A stretch of DNA of 63,271 nt from positions 1 to 63,271 of the IMG/VR virus record IMGVR_UViG_3300023174_000169, one strand, 5' to 3'. The notes under the pieces are model-generated. The model was not told the DNA's origin and did no database searches. It saw only the letters and a program-made list of their open reading frames with translations. Of this stretch, positions 47,693 to 56,266 are shown piece after piece. The position numbers and the translations under genes are program-made. Position 1 is the stretch's first letter; every line of letters starts with the position of its first letter. Source of the stretch: a virus. Taxonomy: Duplodnaviria; Caudoviricetes.

Positions 47693-50392
47693 TTATGCGT
47701 ATTGTGATTGTTCTGGATCGCCCGATCCTGGCTCGTCTTCTCCAGCATAGGCGGTGTCTTCTTCCCAAGGAACTGCACTTGGTTTGATTGGCTTTGTTTG
47801 TTTGTACATGAGTGATCCGGCCTTCTTCGGTACAACCTTGCCTCTGAAGTCATTTGCCTGCATTGGCATTCTCACACAGTCTAGTGTTTGTTTAAATGTG
47901 CCGTCACTAAATTTACTTTCAACTTTAATAACCTTGTAAATGCCACTAAAAGGACTGTCAGAACTGTCTACAAACAAATAGTCGCCTGCTGCTTCTTTTG
48001 GCTCTATTGGAGTTCTAAATCTTATGTAAATGTATGTGTCCCCTGCTTCATAATTACACGAGTTATCGGCTGTGATTTGATCACTGACTCCTGCGGCAGC
48101 AAAGTAGCCGCCCATGCCGCTATCAACTAACCAGTAGGGATCTCCCATGATCTCAGCATTGATTTTAACCATCTCGGTTGATGCTGTTTGTAGAAAGGCC
48201 TGATGAAAGTTGTTGGCCACAAATTGTTCCGGCGTTAAATTTCCAGAACCGCCAAAAGGCAATTTTGCCATAGCTGGATCTGGTTTTACTGTTCGACCAC
48301 CGCTCGATGCTCCAAGGCCATCTGAGACGTTGGCGCCTTCTTGAATTTCAACTCCACTATTATCTTGTATACCAGAAGATGCTTGGTCGTTGTTTTGAAT
48401 ACGACCTGCTTTATCTGGTGGCGTTGGGCTAATCGCTGTGAAAAAGCTGTTATTGATTTGAATATCAAACTTTAACAGGTCATTGTTAGAACCAGTGTAG
48501 ATGTAATTGTATTGTTTAATAATATCACCTTCAAGCTCGTCGTAGCCTGTAGGAACAGCGTTTGGGTTAGTGAACACACTACTATGAATTTTATAAGGTA
48601 GTACTCTAAAAATCACTCGCTTGGCATAATCCTTTCGTGTTTCGTCCCAGTCTAATAATTGAATTTGAACATCCACTCTAAACCAATTTACTCTACCTTT
48701 ATCTAGGTATTCTTCTTGTAATGCTTTTCTAGCGTAATCGGATTCTTCAATTGCCTGTGTAATGATTTGAACAACAGTTTGATCTTTACCGTATTGAAAA
48801 GTTCTTTTTTTAGAATCGTTGGTAACCTTGTCTCTGTTTACTTTTCCTGTACCTTCATCGTGGACATCTGATGCCTTGGGTGCAACATAGTTTCCGCCTG
48901 AGTCTGTTTGAAAATCAAATACAGCTGATCCAATAGGATTGTCTCCAAACTCTTCTGAGTTTAATGCGTTAGAAGCACTCTTAGTTACCACCACTTGATT
49001 ACTTTGATTTACTGTAGCAGTATTAGTTCCAGCATCAGGAGTTACTCCTGGAATAGGAGTATCTGAAGTTTCTGGAAAATGTATTTCATATTTGTCAGGA
49101 ATAGATTTACCTTGATTTGCACCTGGGCGGGCTGCACGTTCTTCTTTTTCATTTAATACTGTTTGCAAACTTCTTTCGCCAGTGGTTAGTAGTTCTTTAA
49201 CATTTTCGCCTGTTATAGATATGTCTTGATTGATTGCATTGTTTACTTTACTAAATCCATTTAGGTTAAAAGGAATAGCTTCAAACGTGTATGTGCTACC
49301 ACCTTCGTTGACTGTGAATGTTGTTTTCTTTAATTGTACAGTGAAATATTTAGGATAGGGAACCCAAGCCGATGTTCCTTTTTCATCAAATCCCATAAAT
49401 TCTAATTTTAAAACATAGATGGCGTTTGTTAGATAGTTGTCATACCCTGCGGCTTCTGCTGCCACTTCTAGAGATTGCAAAAACAATCCCATAGAATACG
49501 GTTCCCATATTGTAAAATTAAAGCTGATAGAATTTGTAGTACCAGCAGTTTCTGTTCCTGTGATAATAGACTGCATACTAAAACTTTGAACATAATATTC
49601 TGGACTACCATAAGCTGTTCCTGCACGTTCAGCATCAAATCTTCCCGCAGATGCAAACACAACCTGTTTTGAAGACCATGCAGAATTTCTATATAGATAT
49701 GGGTTATTTGCTTCTTGTGGTTTTAAACAGGCAAAAGTAAACAAAGAATTATATGTTGCAAAATTATCAAGTACATTTGGCAATCCACGTTGTACATTAT
49801 TTGCTGTTGCTTTGTTTACTGCAACTGTTGCGGCGTTGGCAGCAGTGGCCACTGCTACATTTCCTTGTGCTGCTTGTTCGGCGTCCTGTTGAGTTAGTGC
49901 TGCGCCTCTAGTGATATTAGTGGGTTGAGCATCTCCGTCTACTGGAGTTCCGTCGGGTTTAACTCCGTCTGTAGTTCCTCCGGCTGCTGCTCCTGTAACT
50001 TCTGGAGCATCACCTCCAACTGTTTCTCTTACCGTTTTTGTAGCTTGCGATTCAGATGCTTCTGCACTTTGAGCAGCAGATAATTGTTTTTCTAAATCAT
50101 CTTTAACTGGAAATAAGGCATTAAATTCTTCTGCTAATTGTTTTCTATAGGCGGCTTTAGCAGTAAAGTCTGCTTGGGCTGCGGCGTACAATGCATTTGG
50201 GTCTGAGAATGTTTGCCCGTTAAACGACCCTGACCAACTGTCGCTGTAACTTTTTCCTGCCGGATTAAAAAACGAAGCAGTATTATATGCCTGCTGAGCA
50301 GCATCAGTGGCTGGTCCTAGCTTTGCTGCTAATGACTCTCGCTGTGCGGCATTTCTATCTAACTGTGTTTGTATTTCTGCTGATGTTGCCAT
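47693..50392 (-). CDS. baseplate hub protein (gp27/VgrG N-terminal-like) with Ala-rich N-terminal extension
   Basis: C-terminal 'I.GDPYW...FSGIYKVIKVESKFSDGTFKQTL...R' hub motif; position between the gp53-like and gp5-like genes. Confidence 0.65.
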   Translation of the reverse strand: MATSAEIQTQLDRNAAQRESLAAKLGPATDAAQQAYNTASFFNPAGKSYSDSWSGSFNGQTFSDPNALYAAAQADFTAKAAYRKQLAEEFNALFPVKDDLEKQLSAAQSAEASESQATKTVRETVGGDAPEVTGAAAGGTTDGVKPDGTPVDGDAQPTNITRGAALTQQDAEQAAQGNVAVATAANAATVAVNKATANNVQRGLPNVLDNFATYNSLFTFACLKPQEANNPYLYRNSAWSSKQVVFASAGRFDAERAGTAYGSPEYYVQSFSMQSIITGTETAGTTNSISFNFTIWEPYSMGLFLQSLEVAAEAAGYDNYLTNAIYVLKLEFMGFDEKGTSAWVPYPKYFTVQLKKTTFTVNEGGSTYTFEAIPFNLNGFSKVNNAINQDISITGENVKELLTTGERSLQTVLNEKEERAARPGANQGKSIPDKYEIHFPETSDTPIPGVTPDAGTNTATVNQSNQVVVTKSASNALNSEEFGDNPIGSAVFDFQTDSGGNYVAPKASDVHDEGTGKVNRDKVTNDSKKRTFQYGKDQTVVQIITQAIEESDYARKALQEEYLDKGRVNWFRVDVQIQLLDWDETRKDYAKRVIFRVLPYKIHSSVFTNPNAVPTGYDELEGDIIKQYNYIYTGSNNDLLKFDIQINNSFFTAISPTPPDKAGRIQNNDQASSGIQDNSGVEIQEGANVSDGLGASSGGRTVKPDPAMAKLPFGGSGNLTPEQFVANNFHQAFLQTASTEMVKINAEIMGDPYWLVDSGMGGYFAAAGVSDQITADNSCNYEAGDTYIYIRFRTPIEPKEAAGDYLFVDSSDSPFSGIYKVIKVESKFSDGTFKQTLDCVRMPMQANDFRGKVVPKKAGSLMYKQTKPIKPSAVPWEEDTAYAGEDEPGSGDPEQSQYA

Positions 50393-50395
50393 ATG

Positions 50396-50695
50396 TTATA
50401 CGCCTAGGTACTTTTCTAAACTAGATTTCTTAGGTATGTATATAGATGTGCCTGGGACAAAATCAAATATAGGATCTTTAATTACATTCATGTTTCGTTG
50501 TACAAACACCCACCAAAGTTTAGGTGTACCGTACAAGTCATAGGCCAATAGATCTGGTCGGTGCTTGTATTGATTTTCAATCACATATTTGAAATCATCT
50601 GATTCAGCAGGAACTGGTCTAATTTGTAATAGATTTAGATATAACTTATTTTGTTTAGTAAAAAAATAAGGCGAAGATTTTTTGTACGTTGCCAT
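50396..50695 (-). CDS. gp53: baseplate wedge subunit, T4 gp53-like (LysM-like)
   Basis: 'RPDLLAYDLYGTPKLWWVF..RN.....DP..DF..G..IYIP'. Confidence 0.82.
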   Translation of the reverse strand: MATYKKSSPYFFTKQNKLYLNLLQIRPVPAESDDFKYVIENQYKHRPDLLAYDLYGTPKLWWVFVQRNMNVIKDPIFDFVPGTSIYIPKKSSLEKYLGV

Positions 50696-50696
50696 A

Positions 50697-51848
50697 TTAT
50701 AAGAATCCTACTGTATTACCGCTTGCAAAATCTTCTAGACTAAACTGTCTCAATCTTGCTCTGTTATAGATTGGAGTAACTGTTACACTTATTGTGCTCA
50801 TGATAGGAACCCATGTTGGGCTTCCAAGTTTACTAACTTTGATATATTGGCAGTCGTCTTTCATGTCAAAACTGGTTGCCTTGATTACCACAGGGACTGA
50901 ATTAAAAACGTTGCTACCGTAGCCTGTCAATCGACATACAATCGGAGGGTTACCAACGTTTGGTCCTGTACCGTAAAACATTTTAGTTACTGCTCTCAAG
51001 AAAGTTGTAGCACCAATCCAATAGTATGCATCATCTTCAGTTTCGCAACTAAATTCTCCAGAAATTTGAATATCATCTATCATACTATTTTTATACGCCT
51101 GGAATGGGAAGTTATTATGAACAGGATCAATTTGTGTATAGTTTGCTTTTGTAGCAACAGTGATGCTTGGCAGATATGGCCACACTAGTCCGCCGGTTGG
51201 TTTTAAGGTGTTGTTGAACAACGGCGAATCAAATAGTTCCCAATTACAATCAAGTCTAACTCTCCAATCTTCTCCCGGAATTGGACTTACCTGAGCTACC
51301 GCTCCTCTAGTTTGAAACAGTTCTCCGTTTGATGGTAAGTTGACTGCTCTTCCAAGACTTAAAAGATTATTCAACATGCCCGCGGCCTTAGATACGCTTG
51401 TTGCAGCACCCATTAGGCCGCCCGCAATATTTCCTGCACCTAGTTTGTCAATGGTGCTTGCAATGTCGGCGCCAACGTTACTGATAGATCCTACTGTAGT
51501 TCCAACTTTTGAAACCAAAGACTGTGCCTGTGATGCAATGCCGCCTAATGCTCCGCCACCGACTACTCCGTTTAACGCCGAGGATAGCCCACCGGCACCT
51601 GAAATGCCGCCGCCAAGCCCTTTAACCGCTGCCATACCTTGATCAAAACTATTGCCCAACGATGCTGTTGCACCGTTTAATCCGCTTCCTACTTCTCCTG
51701 CTAATCGTGAAACTGTGGCATTTAAACTGGTCTTATCTATACTAGCAACCACGGTATTAAACGTGCCGCCTGCTTGTGCGGCAGCGGCGCCTAGGCTTTG
51801 TGATAAAGAGGCTGTTAGTTTGGAAAGAGGGTTTGGCGATAATGGCAT
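50697..51848 (-). CDS. tail tube initiator / baseplate-tube junction protein (gp48/gp54-like) with Gly/Ala-rich N-terminus
   Basis: C-terminal tube-fold-like domain 'GLVWPYLPSI...ANY...H.N......Y.NS....I.ISGEF...G.PP..C.L.GYG...F..VPVVI'; first gene of the baseplate operon. Confidence 0.65.
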   Translation of the reverse strand: MPLSPNPLSKLTASLSQSLGAAAAQAGGTFNTVVASIDKTSLNATVSRLAGEVGSGLNGATASLGNSFDQGMAAVKGLGGGISGAGGLSSALNGVVGGGALGGIASQAQSLVSKVGTTVGSISNVGADIASTIDKLGAGNIAGGLMGAATSVSKAAGMLNNLLSLGRAVNLPSNGELFQTRGAVAQVSPIPGEDWRVRLDCNWELFDSPLFNNTLKPTGGLVWPYLPSITVATKANYTQIDPVHNNFPFQAYKNSMIDDIQISGEFSCETEDDAYYWIGATTFLRAVTKMFYGTGPNVGNPPIVCRLTGYGSNVFNSVPVVIKATSFDMKDDCQYIKVSKLGSPTWVPIMSTISVTVTPIYNRARLRQFSLEDFASGNTVGFL

Positions 51849-51867
51849 AAAAAAACTCCGTATAGTC

Positions 51868-51896
51868 TATTTATTCTTGACAAAATGTGCTATTAT
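51868..51896. promoter_or_regulatory. divergent promoter region: late AATAAATA (-) and extended -10 TGcTATTAT (+)
   Basis: TATTTATT at 51868-51875 faces the baseplate operon. TG-C-TATTAT at 51888-51896 faces gp55. A TTGACA at 51877-51882 is too close to this -10 for canonical spacing. Confidence 0.5.
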
Positions 51897-51922
51897 ATAA
51901 GTAACAGGAGAATCCTATAACT

Positions 51923-52783
51923 ATGACTTTAATACCAACAGTACCTAAAATAAAGTATCTAACAAACAAAGATTTATTAAAAGAAATACACAAAAGCAAG
52001 AATACATATTGTTCGTACACACAGCCCGAATACGGAGATTATGATTTAATTTTACCTAGTGTGGCTAAAATCAACATCCGCACAGTGGCCGAAGCTAAAC
52101 GCAATCGTGCTATCAGACTAGCTAAATTAAATCACGAGGCCGCTGTACTTGCAGGTGGTAAAAAACTACCAGCAAAAGAATTTGAAATAGATTATAAAAA
52201 AATTCCTAAAAACGATGTAGTGTTCCGCATCATGACTTTTGAACACATTCCGCTTGCTCCTGGTAGAAAAAAGACTCTTAAAAATGTTGGTGACAGTCAC
52301 GAAAAAGTAAACTTTCCTCCTTTCCAGCATTGGAAATATGATGACAATGATAATTTAATTTTAGTGGGTAAGAGTCACTGGAAGGGAGATTTACAAACAG
52401 GACACTTTGATAAAGAATACGGACAAATGACCAACAATCTTGCTCGTATGTTTTTAAAATTGTGCGAAAGATATGCTACTAGGAGTAACGTTCGTGGATA
52501 TACTTACAATGATGAAATGCGCGGCCAAGCAATTCTTCAGCTTACCCAAATTGGCCTACAGTTTGATGAGAGCAAGTCTGATAATCCTTTTGCTTATTAT
52601 ACCGCTGCTGTTACTAACTCATTTGTTAGAATCATCAATATCGAAAAGCGCAACCAAAATATTCGAGACGATATACTTGAAATGAATGGAATGAATCCAA
52701 GTTGGACTAGACAAAATAGCGGAACAGGAAATGCAGTTGCTCCGGTTACTTCAGTTGGAAGTGTTGACGGGGATTCTGATTGA
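51923..52783 (+). CDS. gp55: late-transcription sigma factor, T4 gp55-like
   Basis: 'YLTNKDLL.EI' and 'N.RGYTYNDEM...A........FD..KS.NPFAY.T....NSF.R.I..EK.....RD'. Immediately upstream of gp47-gp46, as in T4-like genomes. Confidence 0.88.
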   Translation: MTLIPTVPKIKYLTNKDLLKEIHKSKNTYCSYTQPEYGDYDLILPSVAKINIRTVAEAKRNRAIRLAKLNHEAAVLAGGKKLPAKEFEIDYKKIPKNDVVFRIMTFEHIPLAPGRKKTLKNVGDSHEKVNFPPFQHWKYDDNDNLILVGKSHWKGDLQTGHFDKEYGQMTNNLARMFLKLCERYATRSNVRGYTYNDEMRGQAILQLTQIGLQFDESKSDNPFAYYTAAVTNSFVRIINIEKRNQNIRDDILEMNGMNPSWTRQNSGTGNAVAPVTSVGSVDGDSD

Positions 52784-52809
52784 CCTTGAAGTTGTAAATG
52801 TGTTACAAT
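52780..52809 (+). promoter_or_regulatory. sigma70-type promoter TTGACC-18 nt-TACAAT with extended TG
   Basis: TTGACC at 52780-52785, TG at 52801-52802 and TACAAT at 52804-52809; SD AAGGAG before ATG 52826. Confidence 0.6.
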
Positions 52810-52825
52810 AACAAAGGAGATCAAA

Positions 52826-53836
52826 ATGTCATTATTTAAAAAAGTAGCGTGTTTTACCGATATACATTTCGGATTAAAATCTGGTAGCAGAACTCACAAT
52901 CAAGATTGTGAAGACTTTGTGTCTTGGTTCTGTGAAACTGCCAAGGCAGAAGGTTGTGAAACTGCAATCTTTCTAGGTGACTGGCATCATAATCGTAGTA
53001 CCACTGACGTGAGTACTATGAACTATACTGTTTCCAATTTAGAGAAACTGAGTTCCTCGTTTGAAAAAGTATATTTCATTCTAGGTAATCACGATCTATT
53101 CTACAAAGATAAACGTGAAATCAACTCTGTTGAATTCATGCGATTGTTTCCTAATATTGTTCCAATCAAAGATACACTAACCGAAGGCGATGTAACCATC
53201 ATGCCTTGGCTAGTGGGCGACGAATGGAAGGCTATTCCTAAAATGAAGAGCCGTTATATCTTTGGACACCTAGAACTTCCGTTGTTTTACATGAACGCTA
53301 TGGTACAGATGCCGGACCATGGTCAGTTACAAGCTGATCACTTTGGCAATCAAGAGTATGTGTTCAGTGGACACTTCCATAAACGTCAAAGCAAGGGCAA
53401 TGTAACTTACATTGGTAATGCTTTCCCGCACAACTATGCAGATGCAGGAGACGATGATCGTGGAATGATGATCTTAGAGTGGGGCGGCAAGCCAGAATAC
53501 AAAACTTGGCCTGGTCAACCTATCTATCGTACATTTAAACTCAGTCAAATTGTTGAAGCTCCTGAAAAACTATTACATGAAAAAATGCATGCCAGGGTAA
53601 CAATTGATTTACCAATTAGTTTTGAAGAAGCAAACTTTATTCGTGAAACATTTATTCCGCAATTTGATCTGCGAGAACTGATGTTGATTCCAGAGAAGGT
53701 TGAAGTTGATTCAACTTCAACTCCAATCGATATCAATTTTGAATCCGTTGATACTATTGTGATGAATCAAATCAATGCTATTGAAAGCGACACATATAAT
53801 CGTGGACTGCTTTTGGAGATCTACAAAGACCTATGA
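52826..53836 (+). CDS. gp47: recombination endonuclease subunit, T4 gp47 / Mre11 / SbcD-like
   Basis: Metallophosphoesterase motifs 'DIHFG', 'GDWHH', 'GNHD', 'GHLE' and 'SGHFH'. Confidence 0.93.
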   Translation: MSLFKKVACFTDIHFGLKSGSRTHNQDCEDFVSWFCETAKAEGCETAIFLGDWHHNRSTTDVSTMNYTVSNLEKLSSSFEKVYFILGNHDLFYKDKREINSVEFMRLFPNIVPIKDTLTEGDVTIMPWLVGDEWKAIPKMKSRYIFGHLELPLFYMNAMVQMPDHGQLQADHFGNQEYVFSGHFHKRQSKGNVTYIGNAFPHNYADAGDDDRGMMILEWGGKPEYKTWPGQPIYRTFKLSQIVEAPEKLLHEKMHARVTIDLPISFEEANFIRETFIPQFDLRELMLIPEKVEVDSTSTPIDINFESVDTIVMNQINAIESDTYNRGLLLEIYKDL

Positions 53837-55611
53837 TAAAGATTAAAAATTTAACTGTTAGAAATTTCATGAGTGTGGGCAATCAGACTCAAGCAATTGA
53901 CTTTGATCGAGGTCAACTGACGTTAGTACTAGGTGAGAACTTAGATCTAGGCGGTGACGATAGCGGGGCACGTAACGGTACTGGTAAAACTACCATTATC
54001 AACGGACTTAGCTATGCTATCTATGGGCAAGCACTTACAAACATCAAACGTGATAATTTGATCAACAAGATCAACAGCAAAGGCATGCTGTGTACTGTGA
54101 CATTTGAAAAGAATGGGCAAGAATATCATATTGAACGTGGACGTAAGCCTAACCTATTGAAGTTTAGTATCAACGGACAAGAACAAGATCTAGAAGATAC
54201 TGACGAAAGCCAAGGCGACAGCAGAGAAACACAAAAAGCAATTGAAGAATTGTTTGGTATGAGCCACGATATGTTCAAACATATCCTAGCATTAAACACT
54301 TATACTGAGCCGTTCCTTTCTATGAAGGCATCAGACCAACGTGCAGTTATAGAACAGTTGCTGGGTATAACGTTACTGAGTGAAAAAGCAGAAAAACTTA
54401 AAGAACAAATTAAAATTTCTAAAGATGCTATTGTTTTTGAAAACACTAGAATTGAAACTATCAAAGTAAGCAACGAAAGAATACAACAAAGTATCGATTC
54501 TCTAGAGCGTAAACAACGCATGTGGGACGAAACTAAAGAAAAAAATATAGAAAATATTTTAAAAAGTATTGATCAACTAAGCCATCTTGATGCAGAAGCA
54601 GAAATTGCTGCTCACAGAGCGTTGACTGAATACAATACCAAAAAGAAAGATATTGCAGATCTAACTAAAGCCATAAGTCGTGCAGAAGCAGACATGGGTC
54701 GAGAAGAAAAGACTTCAGACAAACTAAAGAAAGAAATTGCAGACCTAGAAGATCACAAGTGTTATGCTTGCGGTCAAGAACTGCACGACAGTAAACATGA
54801 AGAAGTGTTAGCAGGAAAAAAGAAAGCACTACAAGAATCATCATTGCAGTATTTGTCAACAAACACACAATGGATGGAACTAACTGATGCTGTTAAAGAA
54901 TTAGGTGAACTAGGCACTATGCCTAATGTATTTTATGATACATTAGAACAGGCATTGAATCACAAGAACACTTTAACCAGCTTGGAAAAAGATCTAGAAA
55001 TTAAAGATGCAGAAACTAACCCCTATCAAGAACAAATTGACGAATTAAAGAATACTGCTGTACAGGAAATTGACTGGACTAAAGTCAATGATCTTACATC
55101 TGTGAAAGATCATCAGGAATTCTTGCACAAATTGTTGACTAACAAAGACAGTTTTGTACGCAAACGTATTATTGATCAAAACTTAGCGTTCTTAAATCAA
55201 CGTTTGACCTACTATCTTGATAAGATCGGTCTGCCGCACATTGTAGAATTCCAGAATGATCTAAGTGTAATCATTACACAGCTAGGTCAAGACTTGGACT
55301 TTGACAATTTAAGTCGTGGCGAACGCAATAGATTGATCCTAAGTCTAAGTTGGGCCTTCCGTGACGTGTGGGAAAACTTGTATCATCCTATCAACTTGTT
55401 GTTTATTGATGAATTAGTAGATAGTGGCATGGATGCAAGCGGTGTTGAATCTAGTATTGCTGTGTTAAAACGAATGACTAGAGAACGCAACAAGAATGTA
55501 TTCCTAATTTCGCACAGAGACGATCTAACAAGTCGAGTAAATCATGTGTTAAAAGTTATTAAAGAAAATGGTTTCACTAGTTACAGCAATGATGTGGAGA
55601 TTGTTGCGTGA
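53833..55611 (+). CDS. gp46: recombination ATPase subunit, T4 gp46 / Rad50 / SbcC-like
   Basis: Walker A 'NGTGKT', coiled coils with zinc hook 'CYAC', signature 'LSRGE', Walker B 'LLFIDE' and H-loop 'ISH'. Confidence 0.94.
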   Translation: MIKIKNLTVRNFMSVGNQTQAIDFDRGQLTLVLGENLDLGGDDSGARNGTGKTTIINGLSYAIYGQALTNIKRDNLINKINSKGMLCTVTFEKNGQEYHIERGRKPNLLKFSINGQEQDLEDTDESQGDSRETQKAIEELFGMSHDMFKHILALNTYTEPFLSMKASDQRAVIEQLLGITLLSEKAEKLKEQIKISKDAIVFENTRIETIKVSNERIQQSIDSLERKQRMWDETKEKNIENILKSIDQLSHLDAEAEIAAHRALTEYNTKKKDIADLTKAISRAEADMGREEKTSDKLKKEIADLEDHKCYACGQELHDSKHEEVLAGKKKALQESSLQYLSTNTQWMELTDAVKELGELGTMPNVFYDTLEQALNHKNTLTSLEKDLEIKDAETNPYQEQIDELKNTAVQEIDWTKVNDLTSVKDHQEFLHKLLTNKDSFVRKRIIDQNLAFLNQRLTYYLDKIGLPHIVEFQNDLSVIITQLGQDLDFDNLSRGERNRLILSLSWAFRDVWENLYHPINLLFIDELVDSGMDASGVESSIAVLKRMTRERNKNVFLISHRDDLTSRVNHVLKVIKENGFTSYSNDVEIVA

Positions 55612-55838
55612 CCACTGAAGCTCACGATCGCATGATCAAAGCGTTCCAAGAATATTTTAAATGGCAGGAACGCTTTGAATATAAAGGCTCAGATGAAGCA
55701 GGCATAAAGGCACGATATTGGCTATCAGAAATACGCAATGAGGCAAGTACTAGGCGTGTAGAAATACAAGAAAAACGAGTAAATCGTAAAGAATCCAGAA
55801 AAGGCAAATTAGGCAGACCCCCCAAGATAACTAGTTGA
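55608..55838 (+). CDS. small basic protein, possibly histone-H1-like (Hc1-type helix pair) with a C-terminal AT-hook-like motif
   Basis: 'FEYKG...AGIKAR..L.EI....R.EIQEK' and terminal 'KGKLGRPPK'; GTGA overlap with the gp46 stop. Confidence 0.55.
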   Translation: MTTEAHDRMIKAFQEYFKWQERFEYKGSDEAGIKARYWLSEIRNEASTRRVEIQEKRVNRKESRKGKLGRPPKITS

Positions 55839-56266
55839 TGTCATGGTTTTATCAAGATCAACTAGTTACTGAGTTACCAGAAGATTGTGTTGGATTTGTT
55901 TATCTTATTACTAACACAACAACTGGGCGCAAATACATAGGCAAAAAACTTGCAAAGTTCGCAAAAACATCATACAAAGTAGTAAAACTCAAAAACGGCA
56001 CTAAAAAGAAGAAGAAAATTCGTAGCAAAATTGACTCAGATTGGCAAACATACTATGGCTCAAATACAGAACTTAGCAAAGACGTTGTAGAACTAGGCGC
56101 AGAAAACTTCCGAAGAGAAATACTTTACTATTGCAAATCCAAATCAGAATGCAGCTATATTGAGGCTCGCGAACAATTTAATCACAAAGTTTTAGAATCA
56201 AAAGACTATTATAACGGACAGATTTCTGTGCGTGTACATGGTTCACATATACTCAAGGCTCAATAA
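55838..56266 (+). CDS. small stand-alone GIY-YIG family nuclease (Seg-like)
   Basis: 'GFVYLITN...GRKYIGKK', 'Y.GS', 'F.REIL', 'E' and 'YYN' motifs of the GIY-YIG fold. TGATG coupling to the upstream gene. No C-terminal DNA-binding repeats are visible. Confidence 0.82.
   Translation: MSWFYQDQLVTELPEDCVGFVYLITNTTTGRKYIGKKLAKFAKTSYKVVKLKNGTKKKKKIRSKIDSDWQTYYGSNTELSKDVVELGAENFRREILYYCKSKSECSYIEAREQFNHKVLESKDYYNGQISVRVHGSHILKAQ

Noticed and set aside
20630-47853. Many 60-150 aa + strand ORFs opposite the structural genes, and similar - strand ORFs at 57106-63053
   Set aside because: They are antisense shadows of long genes with biased codon usage. They have no recognisable motifs and are fully nested in well-supported CDSs.
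45696-51848. Bacterial type VI secretion or extracellular contractile injection system locus
   Set aside because: The gp25/VgrG/LysM-like genes sit with gp55, gp46/47, RNase H and T4 late promoters, which indicates a phage tail module.
51877-51901. Canonical -35/-10 promoter using TTGACA at 51877
   Set aside because: Spacing to TATTAT is only 8 nt and no -10 hexamer sits at 16-18 nt. I kept it only as an extended -10 candidate.
55826-55833. GATAACTA as a late promoter 4 nt before the GIY-YIG ATG
   Set aside because: It has a mismatch in the TAAATA core and lies inside a coding region where TGATG coupling already explains expression. It is too weak to call without TSS data.
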